The translations under genes and the position numbers were made by a program. Shown piece by piece: positions 1 to 13,989 of a DNA stretch of 64,000 nt. The DNA comes from Octopus bimaculoides (lineage: Eukaryota). The notes beneath the pieces are model-generated. The model did no database searches, was not told the DNA's origin, and saw only the letters and a program-made list of their open reading frames with translations. The stretch is taken from NCBI RefSeq assembly GCF_001194135.2, contig NC_068986.1:37980526-38044525 (forward strand), in the 5' to 3' direction. How positions within the stretch are numbered: the first letter of the stretch is position 1; each line of letters opens with the position of its first letter.

Positions 1-3000
1 CATAATTATCACAGATAAATTTAAAACAGTTATTTCACTTGCTTTAGCCATTATAGCAAAGGCCATGCTGGTGCTGCAGTGTCATCCCCTTCATTAATGT
101 TTGTAAGATTTGAACAATTTAGAATTCTAAATATGGAGAAAACTGAAAATAGAGCCCAATTTTTACACAAAACCATACCTATATGAATATTTGTGTAAAT
201 ACATACATATAATTTCTTGAATAAAAATAGAATTTCTTATTTGTTAGGTGTTTTATTAAGATGCTGATATCCCAAGCTCTTTTCATTTACTCAACAAACT
301 AAGAAAGACTTCTCCTTGTTCTAAAGTGTTAATGAAATAAATTCATTATACTCCATATTTTGGAAAGTAAATATTTTCCAAGTGATAAAATTACAAAGTG
401 AAAAATATAATTCCTAAACAAATTATAAATAAAAAAAAAATGAATGTTGATAAACATTTATTATGGTATATCTCTAAATATGTATATGGTTAATATCTAT
501 ATATTTGTTATGGTATGTGTCTATATATTTAAAGCATCTATCTACAAACATGTACAAGAATTCATGAAAAAAAAAAGAAGAAAAAAAAACATTCTCTCTG
601 CCCATAAATCAAAGAAGGAATAATGCATAAATTAATCTTCAACAATTATAAATAAATGTACTCAAAATTCATGACAAAATGCCAGATCTTATAAAGATAA
701 TTTCTTTGTAAGAGCTTTATTAATATAAGGCCTTATTAGAATCAATATCAAAACAATTCCTTTCATAAAACATTTTGACTGCATGAACAAATATAAGAAA
801 ATTTCATAAAGTCTTCTATTTATTGTAATTAAATTATTATCAATGTTACATTTTTATAATGAGATTATACTTAAAGCAATTGGCTAAATGCTCAGTGATC
901 ATGCAATGAAGTTCAAAATAAACTGTTTGTGTATTTTTATTTACTCTGAGATTGTTTTAGAAAAAATGTGCTTCATGTAGGCTTTAAAAATGCAATGTGT
1001 TTTCTCTAAGACTTAGTCTTTCTTTCAAGATGATATTAATGGGATGGGATTTTTTTCTCTCCCAAATATCTAAAATGCACCATTTAAGTCAAATTATATA
1101 AGATATTCAACTATAAAGCTAAATTAAAATATAAAATATATTTTGTGATTAATAATAAGGGTTTCTAATGTGGACACAAAGCAAATTTTGGGAAATAACA
1201 AGAGAACTTAACTGATACTAATTTTTTTTAATTCAGGAAAGACGAAAGGAAAATTCATCCCTGACAGCATTCAGATCACAATAATAATAATAATAATAAT
1301 CATTATTTCAAGCTTTGAAATAAGGCTAGCAATTTTAGGAGAAGGGAATAAGAATTTGAACTCGGAATTTTAAAAACTAGGAGAAATGCCACTATGCAGT
1401 TTGTTAGACATGTTAACAATCCTACCAGCTCACTGCCTTAAACAATAATGACAATTTCTTGTGTACATGGCGATTTCAATTGCACAGAATGTTTATTCTA
1501 GCAGTGGATACAAGGCATTTTATCACAATAAAATTATTATAACAAAACATAGGATTTTAGGTGGTTGAGAAATGGGAATTTGAGAGCTTCATAGGCATTA
1601 ACAACATACGTAAACTTTATACAAGCAGGGGTCAAACTGATTTATCAAGGATTGATCCTAGCAACTTGGGGCTCCCTATATTAATGATTTCTTTAGGTTA
1701 AAAAAAAAAAAGGTCAATATATTTTGTGACTCTATAGCTATGTTACCAGAGTCTATAAGATCTCAATTCATCAGCTTAGGCATCTCCCCTAGCTTACACA
1801 ATACTATAGCTATTGAATTATATTATTATTATTATTATTTTTTTTTTTGTAATTAGGCACAAGACCAGTTCTTAAAGAGAGAGAGAATTTGGTCAATCAG
1901 GAATACTTTTGATATCAACTTGCCTAAGACTACCTTTGGTTCTATAATGAAAACTTCTTATTTTAAATTAAAAGTTTCCATTAAAGTTTTATGTAAAGTT
2001 AAATTCCAAACACCAAATTAATAAAGACAAAGTTATTTTACTAAATTCTTCATTATTTTCAACAAAGCAGTGCATCTCAACAGAAATATGGTTACTGATA
2101 TATCTTTTTATCAACCCTGGTGGAATGAAAAGCTTAATCAATTAACCTTGTGAGAATCTAAACTCAGAACATAGAGGAATGAAATTCAATCCTACAGAGC
2201 TTGTGTTCAACATAAATATTCCTAATAATAATTGCTTACATTAATATTATGCCCCATATTTATATAGGCAAAACAATATTGAGAGTGATAGTCATTTTTT
2301 TTCAAGGACATTTACGAAATAGGTAAAACTTCTAACTGGGAATTAAAGCAGGACTATAAAACTAGTTTGTGAAGTACCTACTGTTGCACCAGAGTATTGT
2401 TCATAACAAGTAAAATAATACCAACACATGGTAAAAACAGTGCCCAAATATTTCAGAAGCAAAGTTTAGCTGGAGTGAAATGTGTGCAAACTACGTATGT
2501 CTAAAGTGACTGCCATATTTAAGTTAGTACACTACGTTGTCTGAAGGAACAAACTGCTTAAAATCTTCAGGTTAGTAATGGTGATCAGATTTATTTTAAT
2601 CACATCTAGCATTATTAATTCTCAAACAAAAAGCATTTCCAAATTGTACTCACTGTTGAGAAAAATTCCAACATCTCCAAATTGCATAAAGCAATATCTA
2701 AAATATATGATAATAATCACATAATCAGAGTAGTTACAAAAAGCCCTGTGAAAAATGTTTGTGTCTTTGATGTCAGTTAATACAAAGAAAAAAAGAAAGA
2801 AAAGAAAATAAAACAAAGTTAAGGAAAAGAAATTTTGAAGTTTTACTGTTGTAATTTTACAATTCTGTATAAATAATTAAGAAAGTCAATTGGATACACA
2901 ATGCCATCTACATTAAGAGTATTGTGACTGTATTTCAATAAAAATTATCCTCTGACATATTCAAATGATGACCTTACATTTGGAATGCTTAAGTCAAATC

Positions 3001-4262
3001 AGAAATTGATCCAGATCATTCGAAATATTCTATAAACAATTCCAAGAGAGACAAGACAAACTATCATAGTATGTAATGCATCTAAAAATATTTAGAAATT
3101 ATCACTTAAACTATTTAAAAATAAAATGAAGGATCGATAAATTTATTGAATTAAAAGGCTTACTAAAAGCCTAACTGAAATGCTTATTTTATTCTATGAA
3201 GGATTGATGAAGTGTTAGACTTAGAGAGATAAATGTTTCTCATGGGGGCAGTATGGACTGAAGGTGGGAGGACAAATTGCTGTGTTTCATAAAATTAAGA
3301 TGATTTAAATTGCCTAACACCATGATGAAGAAAGAATTATAAGGATGCAGATTCTATTTTGCCTTCTCATCACTAGGAGTTGGTGCAAAGATTTTCACTA
3401 TTTTTTTTTTCTTTTTAGTGGAGGTAATAAATAATATTTGTCAGTTTGAGAACCAGTGTTATACACAACTAGAAATTATGATAACCTTTCAAAGTTGGTT
3501 GGCAGTATATCTGGGTGTCTATGTGTATGTATACGTGTGTTGATAAATAAATTTCTGAGAGTGTACAGTAATATTCTAAGAATGCACTATGCTATTCAGT
3601 TTAAATGTATAGACACAAAACATACAAACACATTGTTAGAGTAAACCTTTGAAGTCACTAATACTCTGTTCAGATGCATACTAAAGAAATCATGCAAGAT
3701 AGAATCTAATATGAATAGCTGAAACTATAGCTAAAATTTAAGGCTACTTTCTTACAGTTAACAAACATGCTGGCATAAAGACATTTTTTGTCTTAACATT
3801 ATTCAATATTATTTCATTTTTTTTTTTCAATTTTAATTCATGGTACCATTTATTTTTTTCAAATATCTAATTTAGAATTATTTGGATACGGCAAAATAAA
3901 TTTCCCTTTTATCTTAATATTCATGAAAAGGAAGATATAAAAGAAATACATTGCTGAAGAAATGAAAACGTATATGTTTATTTCCATCTCTTAAGGATAC
4001 AAGAAAGTACACATTAGATGGAATAGTTATTGTTATAATATGTCTGAAGAAAAGAGGAGATGGTCTTAATTGGAACAACTACACCTTTGATCATAGATCT
4101 GCTCAATCAAAGCTGACCTGAAGTTTTAAACAAGAAGAAAGTAGCAATAGATGAAACTAGCTGAACAAACAATTTTAAAATATGCAGTTTATTTATTTAT
4201 GTGGAAAAAAAAAATGTCCTAGAATGTAACAATTGTTTTTAATCCAAAAACTTATTGCTTAA

Positions 4263-4480
4263 TCTTTAGCATTTAAACCAGCCATAACTGGCCAAAATAT
4301 TCCAGATGTTGTATGTTCAAACTGGCCAGATCTGGCCTCTCACACCAGCCTTACAATATCATTCTAAAAATTAACAGTTACCTCATCAAAATCTCAAAGC
4401 TAAAAGTAATGCATGTTTAATTCAAAACAGTGTGAATAGATAAGCCTTACTTTTGGCAGAATAATCTGAATGTTAAAAGG
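4263..4480. mobile_element. Degenerate copy of the same piggyBac-like MITE
   Basis: TTAA-TCTTTAGCATT start, CTGAATGTTAAAAGG end, internal identity with 51956-52175. Confidence 0.7.
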
Positions 4481-5490
4481 CTGATGCTGCTTCTTCAGAT
4501 TTGTGACATTCTGATCCTGAGAAAATATCTTCAATGTCAAAATTGTACAACTTCAGAAAATTTTTTACCACAAGCACAGACACTGCAGCATGGCTAAAAA
4601 ATTTGCTTCACAACCACATTATTCCAGGTTCAATCCCAGTGCATGTCACACTGAGTTAGTGTCTTCTATTATACCTTTGGGTTGACTAGTACTATTTAAA
4701 AGGAATTTGGCAGATGTAAACAGTATATTTATCAAAGATTACATGTCTGTACACCGTTACACACACACACACACACATGTATGTGTGTGTGTCAGTAGTT
4801 ATGTTTACACCAGTCTGAAAACAAGTGCTTATGATGCATGTAACTTAACAGTTCAACAAATAGATATCAGTAAAATAAGTACTGCAGTTAACATGATTGG
4901 ATAAACTCCTGAAGAAGATGTTGCAGTTCAATAACTGAAACCAACAAAAGAGTAAAACAATAACATACCAATTAAAAAGACACTATACAATATATATGTC
5001 TCCATACTACAGCGCTAACAGAAACTAGCCTTCACTAATGGGATACACTTAAGTCAAGTAAAAGTCACAAGCAAAGTTTTCCAATGTAAAGTCCAGTATG
5101 CCATTGTTTATTTTAATAATCAATAATCCAAGGTTTATCACAAGATGCATTTCATAATGGTATAGCAAACAAGAGTTCAGCCTCCCAACTGAAGAACAAT
5201 TGGGTGTATTCCACTATTGACAGTAAACTATGTAAAGAGAAAAGTAAGGAAGAATTTCAACATCAGTGCAAACCAAGCTTGAAAAAGGAAACAAAACTCA
5301 GTGGTGGAACACCAAACTGGAATTTGAACACTGGTGATATACATTACTGAATATCCTTATAAGAATTAATAAACATCTTCAAGATGACCCTAAACTCAAG
5401 AAAGATACCATCTAATATCAGAAAACTGTAGCAAAAAAAAAAAAATAGGTAGCTGAATTAAGATAAAATTTCAGATTTTACATTTTAAAA

Positions 5491-5645
5491 ATAATCCTTT
5501 CTACTATAAGCACAAAGCCTGAAATTTGGGGCAAGGGGCAACTCCAGTGCTTGACTGGTACTTAATTTATCAACTCTGAAAGAATGAAAGGCAAAGTTGA
5601 CCTCAGAGCATAACATCAGACAAAATGCTTAGCAGCATTTTGTCC
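5491..5645 (-). mobile_element. SINE copy of the same family
   Basis: ATAATCCTTTCTACTATAAGCAC...GAAAGGCAAAGTTGACCTC. Confidence 0.75.
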
Positions 5646-5837
5646 TCCTATATTCTATTTTCAACCTGTTGATTACTGTTGTTACTAATATCTTTTAAAA
5701 ATTGAAATGAATCACAAATGAAGACTATTGTTGCTTAGTTCCATGTCAAAGTATCTGAAACCTATATTTAAGGGGGATAAAATAAACAGATGCAAAAAAA
5801 TAAATAAATAAATATAAAATTTAAAAAAACATCTTAG

Positions 5838-5969
5838 CCTTTAGACCAAAGCATTAGTTTTCCCAACATGCATCATTCCCAAAAGTTCTAATACACTAAA
5901 AATTCACTTCTAGTATTAAAAAAAGCTCCTTGCCCCTAAAATAGAGGACCCCCTTCATTGTCTAAAAGG
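5838..5969. mobile_element. Second small TTAA-type MITE
   Basis: TTAG-CCTTTAGAC ... GTCTAAAAGG-TTAA inverted ends. Confidence 0.45.
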
Positions 5970-8900
5970 TTAATAGTATGATTTGCTTTTAACTGTTGCA
6001 TAAACATTTACTTATACAAACAAATCAACCAAAAATACTATCCCAGTTATGTTGATTTCTACTAAAACAAAGGAGAAAACATAAAAAAAGTGTGACTGTA
6101 ACTATGATACAGCCTTTTCTAGTGAAAATATTCAAATATGCAAAAACTTTATTTCACTATTCTTCTATATTACTCTTCAAAACAATTAACAAATTTCACA
6201 TTTAAAGTATATCTTCACATATTCCTCCAAATATTTTCATAAAAATCATTTGCAATAAATCTACACCTGTAGAAATTAAGAACATAACATTTACAAGCTG
6301 TGCTCTTGATAGTTCAATTTTACTTTCAGGAATAAATTATATTTGCAAGTGCCAAAAAATGGTGAAAAGCAATTATCTCATTCTAAAAGTAACTTAAAGG
6401 GATATATTTAATGGATGAAACTACTCCAATCAAGTCCTCACAGTATACATTCAATAGTTTTCTAATACTTGACAAAAATACATCAGACTGCTTCCACCAA
6501 GGAAGTTAGTTAACCACTTGCCATAGTTTACACCAAATCAACAAAAGTCATGCTTAATTAAATAGCGAAAGCATTTCTATTTAAAATTTTTCCAGCTCAC
6601 AATTTTTGAAAGTGTGACTAAATTCAATATTTTTTTTTTTACTAAATTTCAGTTTACAAGCCTGAGTTTAAATGCACAACATTCACCAACTAAGCTATTC
6701 CTGTAATAAATAAAAAGAAGCAAATAAGATAGTATTGCCTAAAATTCTACAGAAATATGCCTTTGCTCTTCACAATTTCTTTTATATTTATTTTTTCAGA
6801 GTTATGATGGTTCTACAAATTTAGGATTGCTAGCATAAGTTTAATGCCTTTTTAACTCTTAACCTGTAGAAAATTTTCTTAGTCAAAAACTAGCCTGATA
6901 ACAATTCTGTTACAAAAGTAAATGAGAGCAGAAGGGATTACAGTTTTCTCCCTTACATTTGAGGATTCCTCGCCAGCTTCAAAATGAATGTAAATAACAT
7001 TAGTACAATTCTTTTGATATTGTGCATTTCAGGACTGCCTTACAGGAAACTAAGAGTTAATGAGTAGAACAAATGTAGCATGACACATGTTCAAACATCC
7101 TTGCCAGCCAACCATAGCTGCTAAATAAGATTAAGGTAGGTAGGTGGGAGCCTTACTACTACATTTAAACACAAATTCCATTGAACATGAAATAATAAAA
7201 AAAATCTCATGTTGAAGACTTTACACTTAACTCCAACAATGGAAAATATTTTATAGAAATGGGACACAAATTCAAAAATGCAAAAATATAAGGAGTTTCT
7301 ACATTCCTTGAAAAAAAAATTGTAGGTAATTATGATTTTTGTATTTTAATATACTGTTACAAACATAGATTATAAATGTCTTAAATATTTTTTAAAATTA
7401 GGACATTCCCTGCCATATTAAAACTTCATGAAATAGAAAGATTCTGAATGAAGGAAATTCTCTACAATAAGAGGATAAAAATTAAAAAAACAAAATTCCT
7501 GACTCTTAAAAATGATTTTATTTTTGCATTAACCTATAAAGCACTAGACTGCTGAGCACATTTTATGAAAATGAGACTACAATGCACACACAAAAAACAA
7601 AAAAAAATAGTTAAAATATCTTCTTCGTATAATAATGGTGGCAAGTTTTACATCATTTGAAAAGTCATTAGTTGAACTATTAGTCCTCTTGCATTCTGGG
7701 GGATATTGGAGTGTCTGAGTGACATTAGACCCCAACAAATGCCCATAAATTAAATGCATCTATCTGGGCCAGGATTGTGGCCTGTTGACCTGTGCCTGAC
7801 AGCCACGATCATGATCCGTTGCACTTTATTTGTTAACTAAAATTAATTTATGTTATGGAAGGTACAACAACAAAAAAATTACATTGTCTTTTCTCTCCAA
7901 ACAAATGAACAATAAGAAAAATATCCTGGTCTACAATTACTTCTATTGATGTATTAATACTGTCATTTTTTTCTTTTGTAACAAAACAGGTAACCATATT
8001 TTAGAAGATCTTCAATCTTACACACCCTTCAAATAACATGTATCTAAGGACTATGTAATTGAATCAACTCTACACATACATTATTACATGGATATACTTT
8101 GATAAAAAAAAATAACTCTACACAGATAAAACAGATGTATGTAAACACTATAAATATTATCTAACTCTTACTTATAGAACATAGAAATGTCTTGACTCAC
8201 ATGATGTGAAGTTGTCTGGAATTAAAATTATCTGAAGCATATAAATCAAAATCCAATTCCTACTATATTGTCAGTAATAGTCTTTTCAGAAGACCACATT
8301 AGCCAACCTACTATTAAGAGTGTAGGTTCCAATTTAGAGTCAAAACAAACCAAACAATTCACTGACTACAAAGCCCAAACTGACACAGTCAATGCTTTTC
8401 ATTCCTGCAGACTGGACAATGTTCAGAGAAAACTTCTTTATTTTATTAATGAATCCTTGTTCATTAAAGATGTTCTATTATAGTAAAGAGTCTTTTCTAT
8501 CTTATACAAAATGCTTTTACTTTTATTGAATTGGCCTCACTGACATGATTAATGTTCCACTTAAATAATTGTAAGTTTGCAAGAAAAAAATTGGCAGGAA
8601 AGATATTTCAACAGGCTGATGTTGTGAGAAAGAAAGAAAGACTAGGCTTGGTAGTTAGTATGAGATGGGAACACAATATGGATAAGTCTTTGTATTGGTG
8701 GAGACAAGATTGGCATGATATCACTGTACAATGTTTCTAAGTTCTCCATTCAAATAGTGTAGGTTTGACACTTGAATGAGGAAGGTTAAAGAAGAATGAA
8801 GGGTAGTATGATATGCAGAGGAGTATGCACTGATGGATTGACAGCAAATAGACTATTCATGAGTTGGAGGTAGAACGTGGGAGGACAAAATAACCTTGGG

Positions 8901-9149
8901 GTATAACAGAGTTGGTAGAATGCGAGTCAGAGAGAACTTTGCTAGGACATGCTGTGATCTGACAGGAAGCAAGCCACCAATCCAAGAGATGAAAGTCAGA
9001 TGTACTAATAAGCAGGCAGTTTTACTAGCAGATTCATATATCAGACACAGATGATTTTGATGATATCAAGTACAACTACTGTTTCATCTAATTTCTCAAA
9101 GGCAATGGCCCACTGCTAAGTGACAGAGTAGGTCTTGAGTAAATTTGGC

Positions 9150-11310
9150 TTTATAAAAGCCATGCTCAAAATATCTGGTGGTGTTGGCTATAGCCTAGTC
9201 ACCCGTATAGTTAACCAGGTGATACATGAAGGAGTCATACCCAATGACTGGTGTAGCAGCACCATAGTCAACTGCTACAAAGGTAAAGGTGATGCTTTAG
9301 ATACAAATAATTACAGAGATATCAAGTTATTGGATCAAGTAATGAAGGTCACGGAGAAGGTTGTAGCCCAACTAATTAGGGAGAAAGTCAGTATAGATGA
9401 GATGCAGTTTGGGTTCGTGCAGGGAAAAGCACCACTGATGCTATATTTCTGGTAAGACAGCTGCAGGAGAAATACCTAGCCAAAGTTAAACCTCTGTACC
9501 TGGCTTTCGTTGACATGGAGAAAGCCTTTGACAGGGTCCCCTGGTCCCTTATCTGGTGGTCAATGAGGAAACTAAGGATAGATGAATGGTTAGGGAGAGC
9601 TGTGCAAGCCATGTACAGGGATGCTGTCAGTAAGGTGAGGTTTGGCAACAAGTACATTGAAGAATTCCGAGTAGGGGTAGAGGTCCACCAAGGATCAGTC
9701 CTCAGCCCCCTCTTATTCATTATAGTCCTCCAGGCAATAACAGAGGAATTCAAGACAGGATGCCCCTGGAAGCTCCTCTATGCTGATGACCTTGCTCTAA
9801 TTGCTGAGTCACTATCAGAACTAGAGAAGTTTCAGGTGTGGAAGCAAGGATTAGAATCAAAGGGCCTTAGAGTCAACCTAGCTAAAACCAAAGTCTTAAT
9901 AAGTAGGAAGGCAGACAAATCCTGCTCGATTTGTAGAAAAGGCATAGGTAGAAACTCCATAAGATGTACCCAGTGTAAGCTATGGACACATAGGAGGTGC
10001 AGCAATATCAAAGGGAGGCTAAATGGGAAGATAGTTTTTGTATGTGGCAAATGCTCAGGTGCTATAAACACAGAAAATGTGCAGAGAACAGCTTCTGTCA
10101 CATTCCAGGGAGAAAAACTAGAAGTAGTTGATAGCTTCCATTACCTAGGGGACCAAGTCAGTAGCAGGAGTGGATGCTCTGAAAGTGTAGCTGCTAGAAT
10201 AAAAATAGTCTGGGCAAAGTTCAGAGAGCTCCTACCGCTGCTGGTGAGAAAGGGAGTCTCGCTCAGAGTAAAAGGTAGAGTGTATGACGTATGTGTGCTA
10301 ACAACCATGCTACATGGCAGTGAAACATAGGCCGTACCTGATGAGGACATGTGTAAGCTTGCAAGGAATGAAGCCAGTATGCTCTGCTGGATGTATGTTA
10401 GTGTGCATACATGACAGAGTGTAAGCGCCCTGAGAGAAAAGTTGGATTTAAGAAGCATCAGATGTGATGTGCAAGAGAGACGACTGTGCTGGTATGGTCA
10501 TGTGTGTGAATGAAAGAGGACAGCTGTGTGAAAAAGTGTCACACCCTAGCAGTTGAGGGAACCTGTGGAAGAAGTAGACCCAGGAAAACCTGGGATGAGG
10601 TGGTGAAGCACAACCTTCGAACATTGGGGCTTACCGAGGCAATGACTAGTGACTGGGACCTTTGGAGATATGCTGTGCTTGAGAAGACCCAGCAAGCCAA
10701 GTGAGATCAAAGCTCATGACCTATGCCAGTGGGCGTAACCAGCCCATTTATGAATACCCCTCATTCATTGGATAATAAACCTTGCTTGCAAAGACCTATT
10801 GAGGCAGGTGTAAACAAATCAAAATCACTGACATGGCCGATGACAGTACCGCCTGATTAGCACTCATGCCAGTGAAATGTTAAAAGAAGCATATCTGAGC
10901 GTGATCGTTGCCAGGGCCACAGATTGGCTCCCATGCCTGTGACATGTGAAAAGCACCATTCGAGTGTGATCGTTGCCAGCGTCACCTTAGCAGCATGTGC
11001 CAGTGGCACGTGAAAAACAACATTTGAGCATGGTCATTGCCAGTGCTGCTGGTTGGCTTCCATGCAGGTAGCACGTAAAAACACCTTTTGAGCATGGTCA
11101 CTGCCAGAATCACTTGACTGGCCCTCATGCCTGTGGCACATAAAAAGCACACACTACACTCTCAGAGTGGCTGGCATTAGGAAGAGCATCCAGCTGTAGA
11201 AATTTTGCTAGATCAAATTGAGCCTGGTGCAGCCTCTGCCTCACCAGTCCTCAGTCAAACCGTCCAACCCATGCCAGCATCGAAAGCAGACGTTAAATGA
11301 TGATGATGAT
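9150..11310 (+). mobile_element. 5'-truncated RTE-clade LINE: degenerate reverse transcriptase + PHD-like finger + about 600 bp 3' UTR + (GAT)n tail
   Basis: RT motifs KGKGDAL..NNYR.IKLL, QFGF, FVDMEKAFDRVP, HQGSVLSPLLF, LLYADDLAL and GLRVNLAKTK. Frameshift near 9420, stops from 10328. ORF2-type end WRYAVLEKTQQAK* at 10704; tail TGATGATGATGAT at 11298-11310. Confidence 0.93.
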
Positions 11311-11980
11311 ACTAGTGGTAATTAGGGAAGGAAAGAGAGATTTCATGTGTTGAAGAAGATTGTTGTTAATGGCTGCCCCCTTAACATTCGAGATGTTGAA
11401 AGTGACTGTAATAGGGAATGAGACACACTGTAGTGTGTTTCCAAAGAATAGGATATGTCCCTAGTGGGAAAGAGAGACAGATTAAAGAGTTGAGTAACAA
11501 CAGAAGCTAATTGAGGAATATAATTTGGGAGTAATTTCTCATAATCTAAACTATGCATTCCATCTTCAGCTTTGCATTAAATAAACAATATGCCCAAATT
11601 TTCCACTCAAAATCTATTCCAGAATACTTTTCTCCAATATTTTGAACTCATCAATTATCAGTATAGAATTATTCCAAAAGACAAAATAAACATAAAGAAA
11701 AGTTGTATGGAAATCAAGCATAAAACTAATTTCCATCTTACACTAGATGAGTATGCTAAACCACTGTATTTATTAAAAAGTAAATCTAAGAGAAACGTAA
11801 CACTTTCTACCTCTTCCTCATCTCTCTCATTAATTCCAATAAAGTTTTCCTTCAACAACAATTAGCATTTCTCTTCTCTCTGTACCCAAAACAGACTTTT
11901 AATTCATGAGATAAAATTTAAACCACTATATATTCTTTCAAATGTAGCAGGGGATTTGTATGAGACAATGAATTACTCAC

Positions 11981-12034
11981 AAGTCACTTTTTAGCTCTTG
12001 AATAAGTGTTAATTCATTAGGTTCAAATAGGAAT
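11981..12034 (-). CDS. Candidate internal exon, 54 nt, phase 2-2 (FLFEPNELTLIQELKSD)
   Basis: GCTTTGTAG acceptor and GTGAGT donor. Only one frame is open, and its phase matches the 13729-13766 candidate. No homolog recognised. Confidence 0.3.
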
Positions 12035-12407
12035 CTACAAAGCAATTATTAGAAATGATTTCAATCCTGGTCAAAGCACAGGAAATAAATTGAGCTTAGA
12101 CTTTCAGAAATCCTCTATTATTTGGATCCCTTGCTGAACCAATGTCATTGCAATGACAACAGTTCAGCTTGCTTGAACTGATTATTCCAAAGCCTAGGTG
12201 AAAACTTTTACTTTTATTGTAGTACTTAATCAAGCTAAACTCTACAGATTCTTTATTCCTTTCGAATATTGTCAATACTCTTTCTTTAATCTGACCTCAA
12301 ATTTAAAATTTTTCTGAGTTCGGATGGTTACAAAAAATACTCACTTTAAATAAACTGTCAGCTTCTTGTTGCAAAGTGATATTATATATATATATATATA
12401 TATATAT

Positions 12408-12506
12408 NNNNNNNNNNNNNNNNNNNNNNNNNNNNNNNNNNNNNNNNNNNNNNNNNNNNNNNNNNNNNNNNNNNNNNNNNNNNNNNNNNNNNNNNNNNNN
12501 NNNNNN
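12408..12506. other. Assembly gap between (TA)n and (GA)n
   Basis: N run. Confidence 1.
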
Positions 12507-13728
12507 AGAGAGAGAGCAGATATTTGACAATTTAAAAAATATGACAAATGATTGAAATAGTGAAATCATATTAAAATATACATATTTTCTATTTCAAAAG
12601 TAAATATCCTCTCCAGAAATTTATATACTATCGAATTAAGCATAGCCATAGTTGGATATGTTAACTTCTGACGCAACAAACGAACGAAAATGACCCTTCG
12701 AATACAAAATTATAAATTAGCTTTAATATGTGTACATACAGAACTAGGATTGACATCAACATTGGTCCCTGAGGTTGTAACAGTTCAATAAGAACTATTT
12801 ACTAAGTGTTTTTTTCCCTTTAATCTTTTGCTTCACCTTCAAACAAGTGTTTTGCATGTAAATATCCTCTTAGTTCATTAATATTAATGATTAGTGCTGC
12901 ATTCGGATGGTTATTTTCATTCGTTACTTCTTACAGGCAAAACTAGAGCTTTGCAGTTTAATTATTGTTACTATTATTAATCGTCATAATTATTAGAAAC
13001 GTTTTGATGTCACGATTAAAACGTTTTCTTCATTTAAATATTTTTATCCCGAAGAAAGCGTAATTTCTAATTTGAAGCGATGAAGTCTATATACGAAACA
13101 TAACAAGGCAAAAATGGATATAAATTTAAGTATCAAAATGAATGTTTATAAAAATGATGAAATATTCATCATTATGTAAATTTGTTAATTTAGGAAGTTT
13201 TCTTAAATTGATGCAAACTAGCTGATAGGTTTGAAATATTCTAAACTGCGTAAAAATCAGTTTTATACACTTTTAATCAGTAAATCGTCAGATAAATAAA
13301 GGTTGTGTTTGACAACATAGTAGCGTCGGTAAAACAAACGATATTGACCAGTCTCAAAATACATTTTGTTACAGAAATAGTTTTATAAAAAAAAAAACAG
13401 TACTTATATATTAACTAACTACTAATGTCATTATATCTAGTGATGAATACATATGTTTGTTTGTCTTTATTATTATTATTAAAGGCGTTGTTGTCTGGTA
13501 GGGAATTATAAGCAACAAACGCATGGACAGAACTGGCTTTTACTATCAACAAAACAGAGCACGTTATGAGGCAGAATAGCAACAACTTGCACAAGACCCC
13601 ACAGTTTCACATGCATAGGATGTATCCAATGCTAAGGCTGTTAAACTAATGTTGCATACATCCATATACGAATTGCAAGGAAAACAACAAAACAAATTAT
13701 GAAGAGCAGAAGAAATAAAAGACTTCAC

Positions 13729-13766
13729 CTTCTCCAGAAACTCCGACGTTCACTTCCTCTTAGCAT
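13729..13766 (-). CDS. Candidate first coding exon of an unidentified gene divergent from TEDC1 (MLRGSERRSFWR, ends phase 2)
   Basis: ATG at 13766 on -, donor-like GTGAAG at 13728. No homolog recognised. Confidence 0.25.
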
Positions 13767-13810
13767 TTATTGAGCAGGCGCAATGCAATCGGCTAAGTGA
13801 CTTCCGCTCA
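13750..13810. promoter_or_regulatory. Putative bidirectional housekeeping promoter (ETS-like ACTTCC at about 13752 and 13800; NRF1-like TGAGCAGGCGCA at 13771-13782)
   Basis: Motifs seen in a CpG-retaining patch about 190 bp upstream of the TEDC1 ATG. A - strand donor-like site (AAG|GTGAAG) sits at 13728. Confidence 0.5.
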
Positions 13811-13989
13811 GGAGCTGATATCGTTTGAACTTGCTTGACGGCAAACAACCTGTCTGATTGACATGTTTATAGTCACTTGGGCGAATCTTTGAACTATACT
13901 TTTTATTGTTATAGTTTACTTATTGATTTTTATGTGATGCAATGCAAGGATACATTTGTCTTAATCGATTGTGATTGTTTTCTGTTAAT

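Noticed and set aside
2654-8231. Chain of short - strand exon-like blocks (8201-8231, near 6266, near 5425, 2654-2697)
   Set aside because: Several mutually exclusive phase-consistent chains can be built and none gives a recognisable protein, so no gene model is proposed. Mentioned only as weak support for a left-hand gene.
13975-13989. TTG start given for the 441-aa ORF
   Set aside because: Eukaryotic gene; an in-frame ATG follows at 13990.
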